Shown piece after piece: positions 51,480-62,065 of a DNA stretch of 64,000 bases. Source of the DNA: Mytilus californianus (Eukaryota). Both the position numbers and the translations under genes were made by a program. The stretch's first letter is position 1; each line of letters opens with the position of its first letter. The notes under the pieces were generated by a model. The model worked only from the letters and a program-made list of their open reading frames with translations. It was not told where the DNA came from and did no database searches. The stretch spans positions 111,290,001 through 111,354,000 of the forward strand of contig NW_026262734.1 in NCBI RefSeq assembly GCF_021869535.1, read 5' to 3'.

Positions 51480-52010
51480 AATTTAATTGAGAAAACTAAC
51501 GGCCTAATTCATAACAAAACAATTTACGAAAAATAAGTATGCCAGACATGAACCAACGACAACCACTGAACTACAGGCTCCTGACTAGGGACAGACAAAT
51601 ACAGAATGTGACGGGATTAAACATGTTTGTGAGCGTTCAACCTTCCCCTAACCTGGGACAGTGGTGTTACAGCACAACATAAGAACAAACTATAAAAACC
51701 AGTTGAAAATGGTTTGACTCATCAGATCTATACAGAGCAGAATAACATTTAACAAAAACACAGACCGGACGTGGCAGGGTATTTTTTAATCCCTAACAGC
51801 AAAAAGACACAAAGTACAGATCTGAGAGTACTCCCAGTTACTGGCAGCTAGTTCAAAGCCAATAACAAGTAATAAAAGAAATCATGTATCTAAGACTAAA
51901 ATATCAATCAGTACACATCCAGCATCCAATGGATTTAGTGTAAAGACGTAAGTAGCAGTCAGAGAAAAACATGACCTTGGGCAATACCAGAATATAGGTA
52001 TCGACAGATT
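51480..52010 (+). mobile_element. Long copy of the abundant dispersed repeat family
   Basis: Reverse complement of much of 2148-2700. Confidence 0.7.
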
Positions 52011-53075
52011 GTAGTACCGTGAAAATGGTCTATTATAGCTGCATCTGTATGAATTTGTCGCTGAAATCTACTACTTATTACAAGGAACGATGAGAAAGAG
52101 CACGTAATCTTGATAATGAGACAGCCCACTGAGGTTTGATTATAATACTGTTCACTCCTTCTTCAAGGTGGTCAAAGACAACAAAAGAGTCTTAACAAAG
52201 AATAAAATGATTGAACAGCTGGATATTTCCTCTTACCACGTGTACTTTTTTAGAATTATTGCATACTTGGCTGTCGAGGAAGTTTGTAGTTGTGCACTGT
52301 TTAAATGTTTTTGGTTTTGAATGTTCTAATAAGTTCTTGGTTACAGGCAGAATTTAATTGTAAGCACCTGCCTCTCAGCCTCCTTGTAAGCTGTACTAGA
52401 CGTAGACATTTTCGTCTGGTCTATTACTGTGTAAGTTCCAAATCGGCTGCAATTTTGCTCAAACTACCTTCCTCCCTGGTCCTCTAGTCTTGTTAAAAAT
52501 AAGGGTCAACGATTTCGAGAGGCAATGTAGCTACTCCTTATAAAGCAAGGAGACGCATGATGTTGTCTAACACATCTCTGTTCATGCATCTGTCCTAAGT
52601 CAGAAGCCTGTTGTTCAGTGGTTGTCGTTTGTTGGTGTGGTTTTTAGGTGTTTCTCGTTTCTCGTTTTTTATATAGATTAGACCGTTGTTTTTCCTGTTT
52701 GAATTGTTTTACACTAGTCATTTTGGGGCCCTTTATAGCTTGCTGTTCGGTGTAAGCCAAGACTCCGTGTTGAAGACCGTAATTTGACCTATAATTGTTA
52801 ACTTTTTATACATTGTGACTTGGATGGAGAGTTGTCTCATTGGCACTCATACCACATCTTCTTATTTATAGTCCTTTATCAAATGACAAAATCATAATCA
52901 TTGCTTTATTATTGGTTGATATTCGCTGCAGCTGGTATCTTCAATGCACAAATGCAGAGCGATCAGCATTCTGCAAAGAATTCCGCTCAAACCCTTTCTA
53001 GTGTCTGTCCTAAATTTCAATGAGGTGTGTTTATATTTAAGGGATCGAGTGTGACTTTTTGAGACGAAGAAAGAC

Positions 53076-53214
53076 TATAAAAGCACCGTTCCTTTACTTT
53101 TGGTTTTGTTCTATTTCGTGTATGAATTGCCAATCATATCCCGTCTTTTCTATTATCCCACTCAAACATTAGTTGTTGCATTGATGTAGACACTTCATTT
53201 TCAAATTTCTTCAG
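53076..53214 (+). promoter_or_regulatory. Candidate TATA box and non-coding first exon of gene C
   Basis: TATAAAAG at 53076-53083 and CAG|GTAGGT donor at 53215; the signal-peptide exon begins with an acceptor, so an upstream UTR exon is required. Confidence 0.4.
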
Positions 53215-53215
53215 G

Positions 53216-53433
53216 TAGGTTCCAGTACTTTCGTTTGGCAAGACACATACTTTTGACATGTAAACCAATCAGTAGGCTCCAGTACTATCGTTTGGCAAGA
53301 CACATACTTCTGACATGTAAACCAATCAGTAGGCTCAAGTACAACCGTTTGACAAGACACATACTTCCGACATGTAAACCAATCAGTAGGCTCCAGTACA
53401 ACCGTTTGGCAAGACACATACATCTGACATGTA
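53216..53433. repeat. 57-bp minisatellite, about 3.7 copies
   Basis: TCCAGTAC...AAACCAATCAGTAGGC units start at 53221 and 53278 onward. Confidence 0.9.
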
Positions 53434-53693
53434 TACAATCAAAACACGATTTCTGTTCCGCACCAATCTTTCCTGAAAGCAATCGTCGAATTTTGGTTCA
53501 GATAAAACAAAAATGGTTATTTAAAAAAAATCAGTGTATACCATCAAATAATGAGATACTGACTACTAGGTAGAAGATTTCTTTTAAATCGTTTATTTAA
53601 TGGCACAAATGTTGGTCAAATGTCAGTGAAACTTTATTACAAGATGTAATAAACAATCGTAACTAATGTTGTTATTCTTTTTAGGAAATCGCC

Positions 53694-53766
53694 ATGGTGT
53701 TATATTTTCGACTGGTGTTGCCCATAGTGGTTTTGTTTTGCCTGACTTGCAGCGAAGCACATAAAG
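53694..53766 (+). CDS. Gene C coding exon 1: signal peptide
   Basis: TTCTTTTTAG acceptor (53684), GCCATGG start context, MVLYFRLVLPIVVLFCLTCSEA|HK, phase-1 donor GTAAAT at 53767. Not in the ORF track. Confidence 0.8.
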
Positions 53767-54970
53767 GTAAATAATTTGTATTATTTTCATATAATTCAAA
53801 TGCTGTAATAAGTCTATTCATGTTACCTGTTTCTATTTCATAAATATCTATTGAAAGGGTCGTACTTAAATTAGATTCTTATTTAATTTTTGACGATAAA
53901 TTATAAATAACAATTTCAAATAGCTGGTATTTGAATAGAAAATTCCGTCAATCAGAATCGAGCATTTAATTTGAAAAAGTATAGCTGCGTTAAAAAGCAG
54001 GCAAATAAGATTTGTCTTCGAACAAAAATGAATAATTAGTTGGACTTCCAAGTTTTTTTATTTGTTCTGTAAAGTGCCGCAAAACGGGACTCAAAGGTTG
54101 GACTGCCTCTGAATGGAAAGGGTATATTGGATAGGGACAGAGATTTTACTTTGGAAAAGGTCAACTTCATGTCACACTGTTAACAAGAGCTATCAGATTG
54201 AACGCACTGCTGTTAGTGCACTGTACGTGGCTTTGTATACACATACATCATATACATGTAAACCCAAATGGTGATACTGTCCCTTCTCAGTAAAGATCTT
54301 ACTGTCTCGAAGTTTATAACGGTATTGCATACATACATTTAAGAGAGCAGATGACGTATTTTCCGCCTTGACTTAAAGTTTCATATTTAGAATATTTTTT
54401 TGGAGTAAAGATCTTAAAATATGAATTCTGATATGGCTTCAGAAGTCACCATCTTGTTTCGAAAACAACCCGGTGACTCTACATATATATATATATTTAT
54501 ATATATTAGGAACATCAGTTGTTCGACCTGTTAGTCAAATGCGTATTGTTAAAATATATTTTTTCACTCTTTTGGTCTTTTGGAAAATGTTGTTTGTGCT
54601 GTATTTAGACCCCTCTACAACGAAATTTGTTACATGAACACGTATAAAAATTGCTGTTTTTATCCAACGCAATCATAGGTTTGAACGTTGTTTTCAATTT
54701 AGACTTGTATATATATATATATGGAACCCATTGTTTTTTCAGAAAAAAATCTGGCTAAAAATGTCCTAACCCACTCAGTTTTGCAAAATAATAAAATTTA
54801 TATACTGTATCAAAATTGTCTTCAACAGCAGTTTATTGCGCGGAATACAATGCTGATGTTATACATGATAAATAACAAAACGTTACGTATGTATATTGTT
54901 TACGTAAAGTGTTGAATTTTTTTTGAACATTATTCAGAACTGTATAAAAATTCCGATTCCAATAGGTTAA

Positions 54971-55580
54971 GGTAGATAGGGTGCCTTCCTCCATCTTGGA
55001 TTTTGAAAAAGCAGATAACAATCGGTCCAGATCTTTAATGAAATGTGCAAATTTCGAGAGTAGTATGTAATTCATGTGTAAGGTTTTTCATTTTAATATA
55101 GAAAATTATGTGTTTTATCATATTTACGGCTGTATTTTACAAAAATCAGATGATTTTTGTTTTATTCATTTTTCTTAAATTTTGCCATATAAGGGTAGAT
55201 AACTCAGATACAAGGGGAGATAACTCGATTAAGTAACTTTTGTAATAGAATGTGTTGTGAATTAACCTATTTTATTATGTAGCAAGAAAACAAGTCCCGT
55301 GACCCCATTATTTCTTTTTCTTATCTGAAAGCATATTATTAGAGCTATATTCTGATGTTCTATCTTAAAATTCTATGGTATAGTTTTCTTTTTATCACCC
55401 AAATTTGGGTTTTGCATGCATAATCTATACAAAATCTGACAATTTTGCGCAACCCGTAGCGTGAAAAAGAGCACGGTGACCCATACTTTTTATTTTATTT
55501 TTGAAAAATGCATGATATAAACTTCATTTTGACAAATTATCAAAAAATTCTATGGATTTAAATTAAGACCCCCATCTACC
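54971..55580. mobile_element. Non-autonomous DNA transposon with TTAA TSD (Kolobok-like)
   Basis: TTAA|GGTAGATAGGG at the left and CCCCATCTACC|TTAA at the right; RR...YY termini with a TTAA TSD fit Kolobok. Confidence 0.7.
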
Positions 55581-55738
55581 TTAAGCGACTTTGTGATATT
55601 GATACTGGAAGTTAAAGAACTACTGGGAAAATGGGTTAGACTTCTTTCTAAGTCGTCTTCTTAGCACTAAAGGTACTTTAAATAATTGGAATTTCAATAA
55701 CACCTTTTTTTGAAAAATAACCTTGTTAATCGTTTCAG

Positions 55739-56497
55739 CTTCTTATCCACGGAGGAAAGTATTGAAGTCATATGCACCATCCAAGATAAGAATCCAAGCT
55801 TACCATCCAAAAGGAAGCATTGGTTACCAATTAGCTCCTAAACGTGCATCCGGGTATAGTCAGAAAACAAGGAATTATGGGAAAATACTGGATACTCCCT
55901 ATGCGCCAAGGGTTCTGGTGAAACATGGCAGTCACACGCGTAATGGATACGGACTTCAAAGGAATAAATATTTGTCGAAGAAAGTTCCAAGTTATGCTGC
56001 ATTTAATAAGGGTTTAAAAGGAAAGACATATGTCTATATTCCTAAAGGTAAATTTGCATATGCTGGGCTAATGAAACAATATATACCCTCTAAAGGATCG
56101 AAGAAGTTTGGTCTTGGAAAGAAATCTAAATCATTGAAATCATTTAATGAGTTCGATATTGGAAGGAAATCTAAGTCGTTTGGAGGATCTTTAGAGTTCC
56201 GGGGTAAGGGAGATAGGGTAGGAGTCCATAACATTGGCCTTGGTGCTGACATAAGCTCATTTGGAATTGATCGCAGAGGAGGTATTGATAATATAGGTAT
56301 CGGCAGGGGAGGTCGTCAATTAACAGGAGATTCAAATTCGCTGCATGGACCAGTCGGAAATATTGGACGTTTTGGACCAGTCGGAATTGTTGGAAGTTTT
56401 GGACCAAAAGAATCAGCTGTAGCATTTGGAGGGGGTATTGGAAGCAGATTTAGTGGAGGTGGAGGTGAAAATTTCTTCATAACAGATAACAGATATG
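55739..56497 (+). CDS. Gene C coding exon 2 (759 bp): Lys/Tyr-rich block then Gly-rich block
   Basis: CGTTTCAG acceptor; (A)SYPRRKVLKSYAPSK...GGGENFFITDNRY; GTATGT donor at 56498; length is a multiple of 3. Confidence 0.88.
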
Positions 56498-56574
56498 GTA
56501 TGTTTTTGGGTAGCAGTGACCTTGTTTTTCAATTATCTCTACAGTAACACGATTGTTTCATATTATCTCGTAAA

Positions 56575-56870
56575 CAATAAGGAAATATGGTATGACTGCC
56601 AATGAGACAGCTATCTACCAGACTTCAAATGATGTGAATGTAATCAATTATAGGTCATCGTAGGGCCTTCAACAATGAGCAAAACCCAAACCATATAGTC
56701 GTCTTTAAAAGTACCAAACATTAAAATGAGAAACAATTCAAACGAGAAACCTTTAGGCCTAATTCATGACGAAATAATTTACGAAAAACAAATATGACTG
56801 ACATGAACAAACGACAATAACTGCATTACAGGCTCCAGACTTAGGATAGGCACTAAGAGAATGTTGCAGG
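56575..56870 (+). mobile_element. Abundant dispersed repeat family copy
   Basis: Matches 7440-7740 and 20570-20780. Confidence 0.7.
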
Positions 56871-57889
56871 GTTAACCATTGTCAAACTTGTTGATGTGAC
56901 AAAGTGAAGACACATGATGTCGATACGGGAAAATAATCATAATTTCTAGCAATAAAAAAAACATGACTTTATCCTGAAGTGCAAATACACAGCTTCAATA
57001 TTAATGATAAAAAAGCAAGAATATTTCACCTTAGAAATATATTTCTAAGGTTTGTGGATTTTTGTGCATGATAGTTCTCTCAATTGCAATCATACCACAG
57101 ATTTTATCCCTATTTTTATTGATAGAATATTAACTATTTTTACTATTAACAAATAAGAAGTATACAACGAGAGACCAAATAACACAATAAATCACGATTG
57201 TAGTCGGAGAAATATGTTCTGTGGTAGAATATGATATTAATATAATTTTGAATGTTTTGTTTCGTATTTTTTTTGTGACTCTATTTGTTTTTATTAGACT
57301 ATAACAAATGTGTTTTATATAAAGTCCGAAAGAGTTTGTCCCCTGTTCTTAGAGCGGGTATAGACGTATTTATGTAAACAGCTGACATTAAAGGGGCATT
57401 AGCTACGAGATATAAACAAGTTGCTTTCTTTAAAAAAAAGAAAAGCAATACGTGAACCTAAGACCGCTACCGTAACTGGTCACCAAAAGACTGTTGCTGA
57501 ATTTTTTTTTGCTTTTGAATTGAAATAATTGACTGTGAATAGAAGGGCTAATGGTGAAGTTAAACTACCTTTATCAAAAATATGTAATAGTGTGTACATT
57601 CTTGCACAAGTCAGTTGAAAGCAATGTTGGATAGGTGTGAATAGAAAAGTGTATATACAGCTACTATTTGAATATACATTTTACTTGAAAGCTCGACTAT
57701 TTCATTTATTACTTGGGATTGTATATCATTTTTTTTATAATCCTATTGCAAATCCCAGTTTTTACAAACCGGATGTATAATTCAAATTGCACAAACCAAT
57801 CGCAATATAAATTTAAGCACTCAGTTTGCTTTATAATCTGGATGCATTTATTTTATCTATGACATCTTTATATTTTGTTTCCTGCATAG

Positions 57890-57918
57890 ATGCCTTCATA
57901 TTCTCAACTCGTTATTGA
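57890..57918 (+). CDS. Gene C candidate terminal exon (D-A-F-I-F-S-T-R-Y-stop)
   Basis: TTTTGTTTCCTGCATAG acceptor; the phase-1 join gives DAFIFSTRY-stop, echoing the preceding FFITDNRY. It lies inside the TIR-bounded unit and no canonical AATAAA is nearby, so it is uncertain. Confidence 0.45.
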
Positions 57919-58278
57919 AGTTGTCTGTACTCATGGAAGATGTTGTACAGATAAATGTAAAGTCCATTTTCCATGGGAAGTGAAACCCTGTGGCATGCAA
58001 CTTATAAGAAGGTTTCGTATATTTTTCTTGAGAGTAACACACCAGCTTCATTTGGACCTCTTATATAAAGACTTATTTTGGTCTCATAAAATATCTCAAA
58101 TTTTAAGGATTTCCTGATTTTACTCAAATCAATCCAAATATTTTACAGGGAAACTTGGTTTTGAAGAATATCTTATTTTCAGAAGTTTTATGAATACCTG
58201 AACATACTCTCAAAAGAATCAATTTATATAAAAAGACATGTAGATATAAAAAAAATACCAGGATTAACATGTTGTACG

Positions 58279-58320
58279 CCAGACGCGAGTTAAGTCTACA
58301 AAGAATCATCAGTGACGCTC
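58279..58320 (-). ncRNA. Decayed hammerhead ribozyme motif
   Basis: Minus strand reads GAGCGTCA CTGATGA TTCT TTGT AGAC TTAA CTCGCGTC TGGCG; CUGAUGA and stem I are intact, GAAA is lost. Confidence 0.5.
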
Positions 58321-61300
58321 GGATAAAAATAGTAAAAAAGGCCAAATAAAGTACGAAGTTAAGTAATCTATTCCTTGGGTAGAAAATCCTAGGCATTTTG
58401 AAAATGTCAAAGTTTATAAAAGGACAGTGACTCAAAAAAAAACAACAAAAGAGAAACAGCTAGAGGTCAGAATACCGTAAGCAATGATGACCGTGCTTGA
58501 AAGTCACATGACAAGCTCTTATTGCCGTGTCCTGAATTTAGATAAGAAAAGCGAAAATTCGCATTCGCGAGTGAAATTAATATTTATGCATGAACGTGGT
58601 ACCTTTGCGCAAGAAATAGTAAATAGAAAGCATACGCACTGATACTCTGGATAAGAATACGCATTTGCGTCATCACATATATTAATCTAATAGTTGAATT
58701 CGGATGTTCAACTGTCTACCTCAAGTGTTTTGACTCCGGATTCATTGACATTTTATCCGGAATTTTTGTGAACGCAAACCGATAGTGTGCGTGTGAACAG
58801 GGTGATGTATAATGTGAATGAATCAAGACGTGTAGGATAGCTGACCAACACAATGCATACAATTTTCAAAACCGTACCATAGTACAAATATTTAGATGCT
58901 GTAAGGTTGAACTAATAAAAGAAAAAAAAAATTAAAAAAATTAATTAACATTATGATAGTAATTAAATTTTGCTATGATTATAGTAAAATATTAATTACG
59001 TTTTTTGTGAGATGCAAGGATTTAAAATCCTTGTGAATTGAAACCACGCAAGTACTTTTTCATTCACGACCGTTTAAAATTTAGATATTGTAAATTAGTT
59101 AAATTTGGGTACGCATCCCTGCTTATTGGTGTTCATACGTTACATATAATTTTCATAAATGTAATGACTGATCAAACCTGTGAGACATCATAATACATGT
59201 ATACATCTAATTTTAATTATATTCTATAATTATTAGGAATAAATTCAGTCTCAGTTTTACCTTAACAATGAATATTCTGTTAGTCTGGTAGTATCTATTA
59301 ATGAAATTAGATATTTTTTTTACAATAAAATCCTTTTGTTTGATTATTTTTATGCTTTCCGACCACTGTGTTTCAATATTAGATAAATATTTTTCTCTAA
59401 TTCTTTGACAATTTATACCTTTCTGCACTCATTGTATAAAAAAATTTAATCAACGTGTGGTTGCCGGTGATCTCAGAAGATGATTGGATGAATTTAAGGG
59501 TCATAACCTTTATCAGCTCAAAATATGCTAACAGGTGTTAATGAAATTGACAACTTTGTGAAATGTGGAAGGCACTCGAAGGGGGTTTTGGTTTAACAAA
59601 AAATGAAAATGTATTTTTTAATCATTAGAGAAACAGATTCTTACATAGTTACTCGTGAATTATCGGAATAATCCAATCTCGATAGTTAAATTATAAATTT
59701 TAAAGTCCTCGCCAAGGCACAGACTTTAAAATTGATAATTTAACTATCTCGATTGGATAAATCCGATAATCCACTAGCTGGTATCAATGTAAGAATCTAT
59801 ATTTAACAGAAATATCGTTTTCTTAATTTTCTTCATTCTTTCCGACATTTTCTCATGTTATGGTTGAAATACTAAATACCAAATGATAAAGTTTAGAAAT
59901 AATCAGTTTATTCTGGGTCATTGTATATCAATAAACTATTCCTAGGTTTATTAAATACAACACACACAACGCGTAGAGGGACCGTCTCAAAGCATGAATT
60001 ATATAATTGCGTTATCATTATACTTGATATTTAATAAACATTCACATTATTAGAAACATATATGTTTTGTCAAAAGGCAAATAGGTTCTAACATATAAAT
60101 GATTTTTATAATGCAATCTAGTCTAATTTGTTTTACTTTCAAATCTACAAATGAACCGTTTGTCGGATTGTTGAAACATGCAATGTCACGTTATAGCATA
60201 TCCATAGAGGGACCGTATCAAAGACATAAATAACTACCTATATAAATGATGGAAAATTTTCGAGACGTTCCGAGAATCGTAATTCCGAGGATATCGAGTG
60301 GCCCATAGACACTTCCAAAACTCGCCAATATATAAGCGTGAACCACTCAGGGGGTTCACGCAAAAAATCAAAATATGTTTTTTTTTTTCAATCATTAATG
60401 AAAGTGAAGTAGTGAAATAGTGAAATAATAATTCGTTTTAAGCAGCCAGTTTAGTTTCATGTTGTCAAAATAAGCTAAGAAACATCGCCGATGAATTATT
60501 CAATTGCAAGTGAATAATTTGACCTCATTGAATCCGTATTCATGTGACCTTCAATTTAACCCATTAACTAGTCAGAGATTGGTAACGCATGTATTAGTCG
60601 TATTCAGCCATTAAAAGGAAAAGAATGTCAACATTGAAAGTGAAACAAAGGTGAGCCATTTCGTTGACTGATTCGATCCAACAAAAATCATTCTTATATA
60701 GGTACAAATGATGATTAACTTATTTTTTCAACCTATAACATGAAATTAAACAGACCTAGAAAAGTCCAATTGCACGAGGTCGATATCTATTTATATCTAT
60801 GTTTATGTTTATATCGGGTTATGTGACCGTCGGCAGTCTTCGAAGGTCATCTCGATGGTTAATTAGATGGCGTCTAGACTAAAATACACACGCAATGTTG
60901 AAAAATATTACCGATTCTATGCATTGTTAATTGTTTATCTCAGACTTATTGTAATTTGAATATGCGTTTTAGTATATTATAAATCAAATGTGAGAATTTG
61001 AGTCAAATCGGTGAACATGAATTTGACCGCTAATGCCCCTTTAACTCCACTGTTCGAGAATGAAATGGAGGGATTGAAATTAAAAAAAAACCAGTTAGAC
61101 CTTTGGCATGTTCATATCCCTGTCCCAAGGCATGAACTTTTAATTTCGTTTACAATGAATTTGCCAATAAAAAAAGATTTCGTTTTTTCTTTTTTCTTTG
61201 CGGATATTACAGTTTAGATTTTAAAGTAGTATAATAATGTTAGTTGAAATACAAAATGTAACAAATAAACAAGGTTTGACTCGAAAGAATTGGAATCTTA

Positions 61301-61658
61301 TGAACACCCGACAGAGTAAAACCAAAATCTTCAATCTACAGAATATGCATTTTAAGTGGTGCAGGAATCACGAAACATACTATTTCAAAGTTATATCTAA
61401 TGGAAAGTGTAAAGCAAAAAGTCGCCCGGAATATGGCACTATTAGAATTCTTTTCATGCTTTTAGTGTTATGATGTTTTGTGAATCAAATATTCTGCGAA
61501 TTTGCAGTATGTCTGACAGTATGTCTGACAATGATCCTATTCAAAAGATACCATGGGTGTAGTCATAGCCAATCAGTCTAATAGGAAGAACAAGACTGTG
61601 ATTGATACAAACTATAGTCTTATAATGACGAATATTAAATAAGAAGGTACACAGGGAA

Positions 61659-62065
61659 ATTTTACTCACATCAATTTCACGTGAATTTAAATTCATGTAA
61701 ATCTCACGTGAATTTCACCTCAAACGAGCTTATACGTGAAACTCACGTGAATTTCATGTGAAACTCGCGTAAATTTTACGTGAAAATCACATGAATTTTT
61801 TCAGGTGAATTTTTAAAACAAAGTAATTCAGATAACATCTAAATTTTCAAATTTAATTAAAATGTTGAAAAATTAACGTGATTAATTTCACGTGAGATTC
61901 ATGTGAATCTCAATTCACGCGAAATTCACATGAACATTTGCACGTGAGTTTCATGTATAAGCTCGTTTGAGGTGAATCTCACGTGAATTTCATGTATAAG
62001 CTCGTTTGAGGTGAATCTCACGTGAATTTCATGTGAGATTCATGTGAAATTCACGTGAGCAAAAT
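61659..62065. mobile_element. Foldback-like element built from CACGTG-containing subrepeats
   Basis: 61714-61749 versus 61941-61976 is a 35/36 inverted match; outer ATTTTACTCAC / GTGAGCAAAAT; 8 CACGTG sites. Confidence 0.7.

Larger units (their letters stand above)
57392..61040. mobile_element. 3.65-kb unit bounded by perfect inverted termini and TTAA (Kolobok-like), or two independent element ends
   Basis: TTAAAGGGGCATTAGC at 57388-57403 and its exact reverse complement at 61029-61044; no transposase ORF seen inside. Confidence 0.55.

Noticed and set aside
44009-53573. ORFs at 44009, 53211, 53235 and 53285
   Set aside because: Translations of the 45-bp and 57-bp minisatellites.
29579-56425. 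Antisense ORFs at 29579, 30914, 40655, 42579, 56034 and 56171
   Set aside because: Shadows of Gly/Asp-rich sense exons; no independent splice or start signals.
30499-56547. ORF-track ends at 30554, 27649, 40931 and 56547 as true stops
   Set aside because: Each lies just past a strong GT donor where composition switches to intron-like sequence; 56547 remains a fallback if the 57890 exon is false.
57392-61040. Autonomous transposase gene in the TTAA-bounded unit
   Set aside because: No long ORF or DDE-like motif visible on either strand.
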